A stretch of 64,000 nt of DNA from Azolla caroliniana. Taxonomy: Eukaryota > Plantae > Polypodiophyta. The notes below the pieces were generated by a model. That model worked only from the letters and a program-made list of their open reading frames with translations, was not told the DNA's origin and ran no database searches. The stretch spans positions 11,718,001 to 11,782,000 of the forward strand of contig JBHGNT010000008.1 of NCBI GenBank assembly GCA_043228905.1, given 5' to 3'. This document shows, in pieces, positions 12,301 through 25,156 of this stretch. The position numbers and the translations under genes were made by a program. Every line of letters starts with the position of its first letter. The first letter of the stretch is position 1.

Positions 12301-12859
12301 TTCCAACTCGTAGCTTCCCCTTCGTCTCTTTGGTGAAGTCATGACCTATCTTCTTCGGATCTCTTAAGCTTGGATCGTTAGCGACTTCCTTCATCTTTTG
12401 CCAGCTATCTTCCGGTAGCGGAACCGCAACTGGCTTGATCTTCTTATCCACCGTTTTATATTTCGTGTTGATGTCAGCTTCCTTCATCGAGATGCCACGA
12501 CAGTATTCATCGATGATAGCGTACATGTTGACGGAGTTAACCGAAATCACGCATTGGTTGTGAAGATAGCTCAAGTCCACGACGTCCTCGATTTCGCCGA
12601 TGGTGTCGTTAAATGAGGCTTCTTCCATAATATGAGTCACGAACTCCCCTTCTTCTATTATGTTCTCTTCTTTCAGCATCTTCTCGAATTCTTGTATCCG
12701 GCTCTTGTGCTTCTTGTCGGGTAGTACTAGTTTACATGCGCCACTAGGTGTGACACATGTTGCTTCTCCTTGCAATCCACGCGCTCTTCTTTCTTGTGGG
12801 GTCTTGTGATTGCTCGGACTATTTGTGCCCCATGCTTCAATAGTCCGCTCTAAAAATCC
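9364..12859 (-). pseudogene. G2 pol (RT, RNase H, integrase) with a few inactivating lesions
   Basis: ORF 10769-12775 (RT DLYSGYDQF, LPQG, FLDN in place of FLDD; RNase H). ORF 9703-10545 (HESAWAGH...CETC, ADRGE, ANGKIER). ORF 9364-9630 (GPY motif). Confidence 0.92.
12796..12859 (-). other. Predicted -1 ribosomal frameshift site and H-type pseudoknot between G2 gag-PR and pol
   Basis: Minus strand G GAT TTT TAG, then stem CGGACTATT/AATAGTCCG whose loop TGGGG pairs with downstream CCCCA. The -1 frame is open from this site into the 668-aa pol ORF. Confidence 0.7.
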
Positions 12860-15054
12860 GAGGATTCGCCTCCGAGACTATCTCGATTCCTTTCATGATT
12901 GGCTCGCACTGTTAGGAATTGGACCGATCTTTGGTTGTCAAGACTCTTTATTCGTGCGAAGGCTGCTCCATTATCGAACACTTTGGTCTCCATCCGAGAT
13001 GATGTGATATAAGGTTGCCCTAGGATGATAGGATGCGACGCCGATTCTTGTACGAAGAAGTGTTGATCCATCTCCACATCCCCGATCGTGACTTTGACAT
13101 TGGGACAAGCTCCGTACAAGTCCTCCGTAGACTTTGTTGCCGCGCGAATCTTCCATCCGTGATTTGTATTGATTGGCCATCTTCCCTTTTTGTAGAAGTC
13201 GGTTGACATGAGGTTGATCTCCGAGCCGTGGTCGATCAAGGCTACGACGGTCTCTTTCTTCTCCCCGATCTTCACCGGCGTCTCCGTTGTCGCTCGTGCC
13301 CAATGAGGTCGAGTGTAGTGGCTGTCCACCATATCTTCATCGATTTCGTCTCTTGCCATCGTTATGGCATTCGTTTTTGCTTTTTGCGGCTTCTCTTCTT
13401 CCTCGTCCGATTGTTGTCTCTTTCTCTTTACAAGGTCCACGATCGTGTCATGGAACTCCTTCTTCGTAATGCCAAGCAATTCCCTCAAGGACAAAGTTAC
13501 GTGGCTATCAAGAACTCGTTCTTCGAGAATCTTCTTTAGGTCCGTCGTCTGCTCTATGTCTGACCTTAGCTTATAGGTAGGTATGGTCCTTGTCCTCCGA
13601 GCGGGGTCTTCGACACCAACCTTCACGGGCCGAACTGTTTCTTCAACTCGTATGCTCGGCTCCCCTTTTCGGCTTGATTCTCGTTCCTCCGTTTGTAAAG
13701 GTCGACTCGTCTCCGCATCGTCCTTCTTTTTCGCGTTCCTTGTTTCATGTCTTTTTGATGGCCCTTGCTCTTCTATTCTCTTTCTCTTTTCTTCGACGAA
13801 CACCTCGTGGTTGTCACACATCACCTCTGCGAGTATGGTGTTGTCGTCCACCGGATCCGACCACCTGGTTATGCTTTGCACGCTTCGGTCCGCAAGCTCT
13901 AGCTCGTTCGATGTGATTTTTCCCTTCTTCTCATATTCGAGAACGGAAGCCCAAAACTTTGCTCCCGCTCTAGCAGCTTCAGTCTTGTCTTTCCCAACTC
14001 TTATTCCGGCCGACGCAGCATAGTGCATCGCATCCACATGGGTCGCATCGGCATCCTCCATAGATCTCTTCATTCCTCCTCTTCCGAAATTCACCCGTAG
14101 GGGTCTTCTAGTCTCGCTTGAGCAGATCATGTTGTTCTCTATGTATACGATATTTTGTCGAATCGCCTCTCGAAGGCTCGCACAATCCCTTCTCATGTGG
14201 TCCATGCTATCGCACCACACGCATCTAAAGGGTTCTTTTGCTTTAGGGCCCCGACGATTCATGTTGGCTAGAGTGACCTTCTCGAACTTCTTCGCTAGCT
14301 CTTCAATGATGTCGTCATCAATCTTCTTTTCTTCCACCTTACTTTGTCTCGGCGGCTCAACTACTTTCGGCGGTCTTGCTTTCTCTGTGGTAGTTGGTCC
14401 CGTCAAGTCAGTGTCATCAACCCATTGGAAACGCTTGTCGAGCCTATTGCATGCCCGCTTCACCGCGATCCAGTTCGCTACGAGCCCATTTGCTTGGGTA
14501 TCATCTTCGAGAAGAGTCCCCAACTCCCGTCTATCCTTTATGTCCACGGCCTTCAAGAAGTACAAAGTCTTGTCCTCTTCAAGCAACACTTGGTCCGTAT
14601 TGGGGAGACGACTAAACATCTAGTCGAATTCGTCGTACACCCTCGAAATGCTCATCTTCTTAGTCTTCTTCTCTATCCACTTCATCAGGGCATGTCGAGT
14701 CATCCTCGTTGAGTCTTCAGTCACGAACTCCGCTAGTATCGTTTCCTTGAACTCAGACCATGTTGTCTTTCCTTCGTAAAGCTCGATGACGCGTTTTTGG
14801 ATGTTGTTGGCGACAACTCTGTTGAAGCTTGCGATTTGACGTGCCTTGGACACGTCCCTTTGATTCATCTCCCTCTTATATGCATCAAGGAACTTCGTAA
14901 CGTTCCTTCCATCGAATTGGCCCTCGAGCTCTACGACACGATCGACAGCCTTCTCCACGCTCGCGTCGTTGTCCCGAGATCTCATCATTTGCTCGACGAT
15001 TAGCATCATCCTTTCGAGCTCTCCTGCTTGGTTGCTTGAGGATGCCATCTCCAA
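12850..15054 (-). pseudogene. G2 gag plus aspartic protease, one premature in-frame TAG (14620-14622)
   Basis: ORFs 14620-15054 and 12850-14619 share a frame. CCHC knuckle CVWCDSMDHMRRDC; protease LIDHGSEINLM...IILGQP. Confidence 0.9.
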
Positions 15055-15089
15055 GTATTAATCTCGACTTGATCCTTCCTACCGCCTCT

Positions 15090-15107
15090 TTCACGTCGGG
15101 TTCACCA
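15090..15107 (-). promoter_or_regulatory. G2 primer-binding site complementary to tRNA-Trp 3' end
   Basis: Plus strand TTCACGTCGGGTTCACCA equals the 3' 18 nt of plant cytosolic tRNA-Trp(CCA) as I recall it; it lies 8 nt from the LTR. Confidence 0.8.
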
Positions 15108-15508
15108 CTTAATTATGTCGTGAAGATCCGTCACTACGCGCGGATCGTGAGGCGGAACCGTCGGGGTTCTTGACCAGAAGGATTTAGAGTCGATACAAGC
15201 TTTGGCGAGAAAGTACTTAAGATAGATTGGGAAAGAAAGAAGATGAGATTACACGATTGATTTGATAACGAATTTCTTCTTCTTAATTTTCATAAAAAAA
15301 ACCGTGTTTTTCTCCTCCCCCTTCCCTCTTTTATAGATGCTCTCATGCATATGATGCATGTGAGGGTACAAGACATGCGTAAATTGCATGTTTGCCATTT
15401 GGCGCTTAAGTATTACATGTGGTGCATGCTAACCATGTCACTCATTTTAGCACTCATGGATGAGAATTTACATGTAAAAGTACAATGATAGAAATATAAT
15501 TTCAACTA

Positions 15509-15602
15509 AATACTATGGCTTAATGGTAAGCCATTTGACTCCTAACTTGGAGGTGCAAGGTTCGAATCCATACTTGCCCTCCTTGTATATGTATATATTT
15601 TT
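15509..15602 (+). promoter_or_regulatory. tRNA-like Pol III A/B-box module in G2 5' LTR
   Basis: A box 15516-15526, B box 15559-15569; same sequence as the copy at 8622. Confidence 0.75.
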
Positions 15603-17933
15603 ATATATTTATTATATCTAGTCGCCGGTTCGCCGGATGCCGTCGCCGGATGCCGACGCCGACGCCGGATTGCGGTCGGATGTCGTCGGATCACCAGCTC
15701 CATCGCCGGTCCGGTTTTGGTTGGCCAAAACCCTTCTCGAGTAGCTAGCCACCTCCACTCTAAGTTCAAGCTACCTTGAACTCTCTATGCTCCACACATA
15801 GACACAAAGATAATATCTTTTGCTCCACCTTATATATGATGAGAGCCGTATTTGTCGTGCCTATGTGGGATATCTCACAATTTTCTCTTTTCTTTTCACA
15901 AACTTTATACCCTCATATCTTGACATTTAGTTGTCCATTTCTCGTGTAATAAAGTGCATTCGAAACCTCCATCATTTTGTACTTAGATATTAAAAATGTT
16001 ATCTTCACAATTATTGTATTACATGATTCATACTCGATTTTGTACGTTTTATGGGATTTTCACACTATTGCCGAAAATCTTCACGACAACATCAAGGAAA
16101 TATTTTTAACAACTCTTCAAGAGATATTTTTAACAACGCTTCAAGAGCCACTCCGAACAACGTTGGTAGTATTGGAGTTCACCACAAGTACCATCGACCA
16201 AGTCATTGAGAATAGAATAGTAACAACATGTTGATGGAGGTTTTACAAAAGGCCTAGTTGAAGGAAGAGGAACTCCGATTTCGGCAAGCAGTGTCATTCA
16301 TGACATGTCTAAACCCCAGACACTCGACTTTGGAGTGTACAATGCGATTCCCGGGCCCACACTATCGATCGGTGCAAATATAACTTACTAAACAGACCAA
16401 CAGTAGTAGTAAGACAAATTGAGCCCAGAGAGGGAAGAAGGCCGGATGAGAGATTTCGGAGGGATGAGGAGTATCGGCAGGAGGAGAGATTCATATATGC
16501 GGGCAGATTCCGACCGAAAAAATATCGAGGGGTATGTTATGATGGGGATGAATTCCCTTACTATGATTGGGAACGCAAAGAGGAACGAAGGAATTTTGAT
16601 AGACAAAGATTCGCCGATCAGCGAAGGAATCATGATCAAAGGCGGAATAGTGAGAATTGGCAAAACATTCGTCGATATCCACCACAGGATTACAAAAGAG
16701 CTCCCGAGGAATGAAGGAAGCTGCAATATGCCAAGGCATTCCAATACAATCCCAAAGGGCAGGAAGACCTAGTGCGGCATACTTCCGGAACACAATCGGT
16801 TGATGTAGACAAGGGAGAAATGAGTGAGCTCTGAAAACTCTATTGCTACTTTTGCTAGCAAGAAGGCCATTACGTAAACCAATGGCCATTAAATGGGAAA
16901 GGAAAGGCGTTAGCAGTCAACATGTGACTGGGGTGCAACAAGTCATGACCCGGTCAAAAGGAAAAACTGTGGAATGAGAGGTGCAAGAAGCGGCATGAAA
17001 AACGGGGCAAACAGCTGACGAAGTAAGATAAAGAGAAGATGTAGGCGGTAGAGGACCTGACGTGGCGGGCATTAACCGATTGTCAGATCATGATGTCGTC
17101 GGCCAGACTTTTGCAATTAGTGCCATGTTAATGGAAACAATCACAACAATACTTGTACTAGGAAAGAACAACTGCCAGAGGCCTCGATACAGTTTGTGAA
17201 TCCAAGCGAGGGACCAACCATAATGGACGATCATAGTCCGGCAATTAAAGTAATCATTAAGGAAGTGGAAGTGCCCAGAGCAATAATAGACAGTGGGTCA
17301 GGAGTAAATGTAACCTATGGATAGTTCCACTGTTTGAGGTTGATGTAGTAGAAGCCATCATTCCGTACGTATCTAGCAAGGAGTCGGAGACCACGGAGAG
17401 TCCTACCAAACCAGAACCAGAAGTTGTCTGAGAGTAGTGTCAGACCCATGAGGCGTTAGAAAAAGAAATGGCAGTATCACAACGAGTAAAGCCATCCACG
17501 GTGGAGGAATTTAATTTGGGGACAATCAAAGGACCACGACCAATTAATGTAGCAAAAGAGATGCAATAGGAGGAAAAATCAGAGATGATTGCACTACTAA
17601 AGGAATTCAATAATGTTTTTGCCTGGTCGTACAAGGAGGTGAAGGGACTAGATTTGAAATTCTACCAACATATAATTCACTTAATTATGGGTGCAAAACT
17701 GGTAGCCCAAAGGCGGTATTGGATGAACCCTAACTACAGAGTACAAGTGAAGGAGGAAATCGGAAAATTGTTAATGGTTGGATTTATACGACCGGTAAAC
17801 CAGGCTACGTGGTTGAGTCTGATAGTGGTAATACCCAAGAAAAATGGGAATATCAGAGTCTATGTGGATTACCGGAACCTAAACGCAGCAACGGTCATAG
17901 ATGCGTTTCCGCTTCCTTTTACAGATGGAGTAC

Positions 17934-18149
17934 TATTGACAGACAAGGTCAACATGAGTTGAACGAATAAAGGACATTAGGCCAATCGGTTGAAGAAGCT
18001 GACAATCCAGTCGGTTGAATATGCCGACGACTAGGTCGGTCGAGAAACAGACCTCTAAGGCCTATGTTCCTATTTATAGTAATAAAAATATCTTTAGGAG
18101 CTTTTGTTAGATGCTCTTTATGAGCATTCAAGTACCGACAATACTTGTC
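17934..18149 (+). mobile_element. Degenerate Copia-type LTR fragment
   Basis: Starts TATTGACAGACAAGGTCAACA, similar to TGTTGAGTAGACAAGCTCAACA at 21278. It truncates the Gypsy RT relic. Confidence 0.5.
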
Positions 18150-20940
18150 TCAGTGACAATACCCACTTTCAGTTGATTGGTTTGCAATGTCGGGGAGGTC
18201 AACGAGGTTGCATGTGTCGTTGGCATCGAGTGCCCGCATCTCTTCCTCCATAGCGGCATGCCAATGTGCGTCCTTTGCCGCTTCTGCATAGCTCTCCGCC
18301 TCACGCACTTCCGCCACTTTCGTCATGTACGCATAGTGATGCGCCACGTACTCATTCTACCCGTACCGTTTTACGGGGTTCTTTTGGAGGGTCGATCGAC
18401 GTAATTTCTCATTAGCCGATTTGAAGGCCCTCTTGGCCAACTCAGACTTCGTTCCTGAAGATTCGTTTTCATTTTTCCTGGAGACGGATTCGCTCCAAGC
18501 CGAATTTTCTCTACCGGCGTCGTATTTTGGCATCTTCTTTTTCTTCCCTTTCTCTTTGAGCATGAACCGTCTCCTCGGTTCCTTGCACGGGGAGAGCACA
18601 TATGAGTCTCCACTACTCGCCGACTCTTCATCTGACTAGTCGTTCCAAGTCAGTCGCTCATTCAACCCACTCAGCCGAAATGAGATCGAACTCTCATCTA
18701 GAGTACCGAACTCTTCTTCGTCTTCTATCGGATTGTTTCAGGATCACTAGCCTCATTCTCTAGAATCGGGTTGAAGTTAGGAATCGGAGTTTGTAGAGAG
18801 TACCATGATGTTGACTCATTAAATTTGACATCTCGGCTTACTCAGATTTTCTTTGTCCGGGGGTTATAACATTTACACCCATTTTGCTCATGGGAGTAGT
18901 AGACTAATATGCATTTCTCCGACTTCGGATCTAGCTACCTCCTCTTCTCATCCAGTACATGCACATAGGCTACGCTACCGAATACCCTAAGATTTCTTAA
19001 ATTCGGTTTCCGCCAGAAGTACAGCTCGTGTGCTGACACCTTCTCCCCGATTTGGTTTTGGATGTGGATGGTCATTCCAACCGCTTTGGCCCAGTAGAAC
19101 TTGGGCATACTCTTCTCCTCCAGCATTGCCCGTGGCGCTTCGATAATCGACCGGTTCTTCCACTTGGCTACGCCGATATGTTGCGGCGTGTATCATTAAC
19201 TGAATTCCCTCTGAATTCCTTTTGGCTACCAAGAATTGCTGAATTGGCCGGAAAAATATTCTTTTGTGCCATCCGACCCTAGGCACTTGATCTTCCTCTC
19301 CGTTTCCCATTCGACAAGACTTTGTAGGTTTCGAAAACAGTCGAAGAGCTTGCTTTTCTTCTTGATGATATAGATCCACGTGTGTTGGCTATAGTCGTCG
19401 AGGAGACGAAATGTCAGCTCCCACGAATACCAACATTCTGTGTCGTTCCCCATACATCCGAATAGATTAAGTCAAGCTTGTTACGAATCCAATTTCTTTC
19501 GGTGGGGAACAAAAGTAAGTGTTGCTTCCCAAGCTGGTAGGTTTCATAAATTTGGGCCTTTCGGTCACTAAATTTTGGGAGTCCAAACACAACCTATTTT
19601 GACTGCAAGTTCCGAAGCCTTTGATAATTGAAGTGGCCGATCCGCTTCTGCCACAGGTTGATATCCGACTCAACCTTCTGACCTTTTGTGAACAAAGCGG
19701 TGGCGACATCATTGGTGTCGAGGATGCACATCCTCCCGTCCTGGCGTCCTTGAGCAATTATCTTACCCTCCTCAATTAAGCACCCAAGATGCGTAAACCA
19801 TACTTGCATCCCCTTATCAACGATCTGTCTGACCGACACCAAGCTCAAAGGGACTTCTCCGACATGCTCAATCGGGTGAGGAGTGTCGTCTCCAGTTTCA
19901 ACAACTCCCAATTGCTCCAGTTTTTCTAGATATGAGAACCACTCTTTGTGGCTCGTCATGTGGTTCGACGCTCGAGAGTCAACGTACCATACTTCCTTCG
20001 ATCCGGAAGTGGTCTTCTTCATCAGGTTTGCCTTGTGTTTCATCACAAAGGCTAGCCCTTTTTCGGTCTTTCTGGTTTCTGGATCCTTTTGATCCTTCCA
20101 CATACTGCGAGCTTTGTAGACTCCCTTATCTGGTCATGGTGGATCCAGATTTATCTGAATCGGCGTGCTTCTTCTAGCACTCCCTCTCCTAGTGGCTTTT
20201 CTTGCCACAGTACCAGCATTCCATCTGAGCTTTCGATTGTCGGTTTCCAGAGGCGCCTTGACTCCCCTTGCTTGTTGAGGGTTCAGAACTACTATTGGGA
20301 CTATCTTCGTGCCTGTAATTATGCTCTTGTCGGTTGCCGCTATTATGTGCCAACCCACCTCATCCTCCACACCCATGGGGTCGATCCACCTCCATGTACA
20401 ACATCTTGGTGTCCGGTTTAGTGGTCCTTGACCCACTCATGTGGTTTTCTTCGACCGTCAACATCAATTGCAACTTGAAGAAGGATGGTGGATTCTCTCG
20501 GGTGCAAATTGTTGTTCGGATAGGCTCGTACCTTTGCGCTAAACCACCGAGGCAGATCTGGACCATCTCAACTCCCTCCACCATCACATTGATGGTCCCC
20601 AGCGTGTCACAGATATCCTTTATCTTGGTGGTGTAGTCCATATCTGACATGTCTTTTTGCTAGATGTTGTTCAACTCTTGTCGGAGCTGTAACTTATGGG
20701 TTGTGGTACTGGCGGGAAAAATCTTTTTGAGATTTTCCCAAGCCTCCTTTGGGGTTTTTGCATCTCTGATGTAGCCCAGCATCTAATCATGCACACAGGA
20801 TGCAACGCAATACAACACTATGCTCGCTCCTTGCTCCTATGTCAGGAAGTCCTTATGTACTGGCTTCAATGCTACCTCATTTACTCCTTTGACATAGCTC
20901 CAGTATCTGTGTCCGAGCAGGTACTGGTGCATCTTGTCCG
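18150..20940 (-). pseudogene. Copia C internal region (gag, protease, integrase, RT start), same family as Copia A, decayed
   Basis: KMHQYLLGH, WYVDSRASNHM, MLEEKSMPKFYWAKAV and WHAAMEEEMRAL are colinear with Copia A. Confidence 0.88.
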
Positions 20941-20945
20941 ACATA

Positions 20946-22006
20946 GGTACCTCATTGAACTTGAGAGGGAGAAGTAGTGAAAGCAAAAGAGAAAGGGAGA
21001 GAGAGGAAGTTCGAAAAACCGAATCGGATGTGGAATTCGCCAAAGCCGACGAGTCGAGGGGCCCCAATGCCACGACATCGAAGGAGTTGATAAGGGCCTG
21101 AAGAACAGACATGCGGACCGTAGGGATCAAGGTGCGCGGAACTGGATGGGTCGTGGGACACGGGACTGGACTGGATGAGAAGCGCGAGCAAGACGTGAAG
21201 ATGCCAGGAGAAGCCAGAGGCTAGAACCGGCTGAACCTAACAAAGGGAACTGACCTCAAGTTGAGCTTGAGGGGGAGTGTTGAGTAGACAAGCTCAACAT
21301 GGGCTGGTCGGTTGAATAAGCCAAAAGCTGGATAAGACATGGGTCGATCAGCTAGGCCCGAACTGCCTAAATTGTCACGGATAGATCATAAGCTCAAGAG
21401 ACAAGAAAGAAGATGGACAAATGGATGAGTAGTATTAACGGAAAGACTCCATAAATGGTGTTGTTCACCTTGAATTCCTTCAAGGTGAACTCCTTTATTT
21501 ATACTACATGGCATGCATACTTGTTGCACGCATATGAATCTACAATAGAGCATGTAGGTATGCATGCATGTGCCAAGTGTAAATACTACAAGGGAGCAAC
21601 TATGCACATGATGCTAGCAAAACAATAAGGACCAATTATATATATAACTGTGTACTAGATATATTGGTTAACCCATGATACTAGATTATAACATGGTCGC
21701 TATAATCTAAATCGGTTGGTCGAGTCAGATGGAGTTTGATGGGTCATAAGGGAGCCTAGATGCCTATTTTCGTAAATAGTCGTATTATAGGCTAATTAGT
21801 ATCAGGCTTAGTTAATGAGCATTGAAGTACATGTCAGTACTTTTGACGGACTTGTATAAAAAGTGCTCTATGAGCACATTTGTTGTACTGAGTCATTCTG
21901 TAATAGAATTTTTTATTGTTGTCTGCTTACTCTCTCTCTCTCTCCTACTCTATGTTTTTTCTAACTGTCTGTTTTCAATTGTCTAGTCGAGCCAGTTGCG
22001 TTCACA
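20946..22006 (+). mobile_element. Copia 3' end: PPT and LTR (21278-22006)
   Basis: PPT TTGAGGGGGAG directly precedes TGTTGAG...GTTCACA. The TATA region (GTATAAAAAGTGCTC) resembles the Copia A/D LTRs. Confidence 0.75.
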
Positions 22007-22570
22007 CATAATGCTTCCACATACACAATCTTTTTACAAGGGATTTTTCTTGTAAACTAAAATCTTGTTCCTAATGCATTTTCCTTGGTCTTAAACCCGT
22101 GTTAAATCATTACTAACCTTCCTTTTGTAACACATTCGCATTCACCAGTGGAAGGATCGTGCATAAATGGAAGGATAAGTAATATTTCATTAGATTTCAA
22201 GACTTTTTTAACCTTTTGATGAAACACATTGATACATGTATCACATATTCTCAAAGATTCAATGGATATTCTTAAAAACACAAAAAGTGAGCAATTACTA
22301 AAAGTGACCTTATCACTTTTACCCTAAGAAACTAATGTTTAATTCAGAGAAACAATATTCGCAAGAAGTGAAAGATTTCAAAACAATAAACTTTTATATC
22401 ATTTGAGTTGTTACAAGCTTAATTTGTTTACTTTCTATTGCCAAAAACACATTTAGGACTTAACTACATCAATACCGTTACTCCTTTACTGTGAATCACT
22501 ACTATAGCTAATATACAATGAGGATTTTTCCACATCATCTTCAGATATACCAATCAATGCTTTGTGTTCG

Positions 22571-24368
22571 TCATAAACCAAATGATGTGCCTCCAAATGA
22601 TGTGCATAAGATCACCTTGTAGACTTGGCAATTTTTCTTTATTATATCTATCACTGACTTCCTTAAATGTTCAGCTTTTGTTAGCGTAATGTCATACACA
22701 ATGATATCCACATCATTAATGTCAAGGGTGGATGTGTTACGAATATTTCCTTTTCTCTTTCTTTTTCCTCTTGACGTTGGCCAATGTATACTTGCTTGTA
22801 AATGCATTTTTGCTTCTAGTGTTGTACCAATGCACCTTTATAGACTTGATTAGATTTTGATTTTGATGCATCACCAAGTCCAAAACTTTACCAATCCAGA
22901 ATTGGTGGCCTAAGTCATTGTCATCTACAGGTGTCACAATTAACATCCCAGGCGTTAACTCTTGCAAGTTACCTTGCCACCTAGCTTTAGTTGCTTTGGT
23001 CATCCTTGGTCCCACATAAATGTCTCTTTGTTGTGGATGGACCGAATTGTCATTAATCACATTAGGTGCATGGTGTGGTGATTGAGAACCACAAGAGTGT
23101 TGTATAGACCATGTGAACAACATTAGCAAGGTCCAATTACCATCTACACAATTATCAATAATTCCTTTCTGGTCACTAAAGAACACATCCCACCAGGACG
23201 TATCTTGTTGTGCATCATATTTCTTTACAACATCAATATGCTTCCTTTTTTCCGTTAATGCTTACATCCATAAAATTCTTTGATCTTCTACCAACTCGCT
23301 ATGAGTTTCTTTTTTTCTCTCAATTGGCATTTGTTTTGTTCCATAAACAGTTGTAGAAGGAATATAAAGCAAGAACTGGCAACCGCCTTCAGGCCCCCAT
23401 TGTGGCGAAGATGAATATTGCTTTGCATACAACAATGTAGAACCACTTCTAACATTTTTCTTTATCAAGAAAATGTGATTGAAGCTTATATTGTTTAATT
23501 GGGTGAGCACTTTAACATTCCCCTCACCCCCATCCAATATGTATATCTTAAAGTCATATCTTCTTTAAGTTGAACACATTCGGACGTGGCGTGCATGCAT
23601 CATAAATAACATCAAATAACTTCGGTAAAGTGAAAGCATCATATCGAGACAACTGTCTAGAGAATGTATTGAGCATCTGATCAATATGATCATGTGTGTG
23701 TCCAACCAAGAGAAAATTTACTTTCACTTTCCTAAACAATCCTTGGTTGACCAACATACTCAAATATCCGAAGATAGTTGAATTCTTGTTCTCCCTAGCT
23801 GTGTTATCCAATTGAATGTAGAGAATTGGGGGGAAAGGATGACCCCAACACATCAAAACCCTCTGAATCACCGTAATTGTCAAGTTGGGGTCATTGTGGG
23901 TATTCAGGTAAGTAATGAAGACGTGAGGTCTAAATGACCCATTATAAGCCAAGCATCCCACCAAGTGCATCTGAATTAGACATTCATCATTGATGTATTT
24001 GGGAAGCCTCCACATGTGAGGTAAACATGTCTTCTTCTTATCCATACCATTGATCATTAGCCACATGTATTGTTTGGGATTTTTCAACAACTTTTCTTTG
24101 TGGTGCATTGCTTTGTTTTGCTCCAAATATTGGGCTTCCCGATGCTCCTACAACAAATTCTTATTCATCTCCTTTTCCGTTTTTGTTTTTGAACCTTTAG
24201 CCATGCTTTTGAGGTTTTGCACAAATTGAACAATACCCCATGCGTACTTTTCGCAATATAAAAACATTTGTAAATCGTGTTGACCATAATCTTGTGAATT
24301 GGCTATATGTGACGGATTTATCACTCACTGAATGCATTTCTGATCTATAGGCATCATATACTTCACGT
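22571..24368 (-). pseudogene. Sola-like transposase, catalytic and C-terminal part, frameshifted
   Basis: ORFs 24197-24368, 23554-24126, 23262-23537, 22737-23186 and 22571-22807. Confidence 0.75.
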
Positions 24369-24926
24369 TGTCGTGCCTTTCGGCTCCGGATCATTGCGTG
24401 AGTCGGGCGGGAACCACTGAGGTTTTGGACTAGGAGAAATGGAAAATCTTAGGCAATGAAGAATATGAAATATGTTGTAAGAAAGAAAGATATGAAAAAC
24501 TCGTGAATCCCATGACTATAGTGTATTAATTGATACTTAGAATGTAAGAGAGAAAATATATGGCAAAATCATGAATCCCACGAATATTTTTTTTATTAAT
24601 CAATCCTTGTAAAAATAATCAACAACCCCCCATACATCTTTCTCTCCTCCTTATATAAGGATGGGAAAGGCGATGCATAGCTTCATGCTTTTTCTAAAGT
24701 GTTCACGCACACTAAATGTGCATGAGTTGCCTTTTTACACTATGCTTTTATTTCCTAAATATAGTGCTCATGCTCGCTAGATGTGCACGAGTCATTTTTT
24801 ATTGGTGTACATTTTTCTTATAAATAAAGTATTCACGCATTCTAAAAAATGCATGACTTACCTTTTGATAAAGGTAGGCGTAAATAAAGGTCTTATACGT
24901 ATTAAATCTATATTTAAAACACTTAA

Positions 24927-25015
24927 GATAAGTTAGTACAATGGTAAGGTTGGGGTTTGTCTATATGGAGGTACAAGGTTTGAATCTTGCCTTATGCACG
25001 TAATATATATTTTTA
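24927..25015 (+). promoter_or_regulatory. tRNA-like Pol III A/B-box module in G3 3' LTR
   Basis: A box TAGTACAATGG 24934-24944, B box GGTTTGAATCT 24977-24987, T-run near 25010. The 5' LTR copy (~31290-31345) has lost part of its A box. Confidence 0.65.
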
Positions 25016-25156
25016 ATATTTTATTTTGTTTATTATATGTACTTTAAATCAGATATAGTATTTTACATATTTCACGTAGTGTGTGATTCACACTACGACA
25101 CTCGCCCCCTCCGAACCCGCACATCCTCCGGTATGTGCCAAAGTCCCCGATGCTTG

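Larger units (their letters stand above)
8229..16088 (-). mobile_element. Full-length Ty3/Gypsy element G2: 5' LTR 15116-16088, 3' LTR 8229-9291, tRNA-Trp PBS, 4-bp TSD
   Basis: LTRs TGTCGTGAAG...CTTCACGACA differ by roughly a dozen substitutions plus a GC-rich repeat indel. TSD ACGT (8225-8228) / ACAT (16089-16092). Order gag-PR-RT-RH-IN; no chromodomain seen. Confidence 0.95.
8135..17933 (+). mobile_element. Old Athila/Tat-like Ty3/Gypsy relic (8135-8228 plus 16089-17933), split by G2
   Basis: Protease-like IIDSGSGVNV near 17280. RT start FAWSYKEVKGLD...VVIPKKNGNIRVYVDYRNLN (17585-17933). The G2 TSD joins the two parts. Confidence 0.65.
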
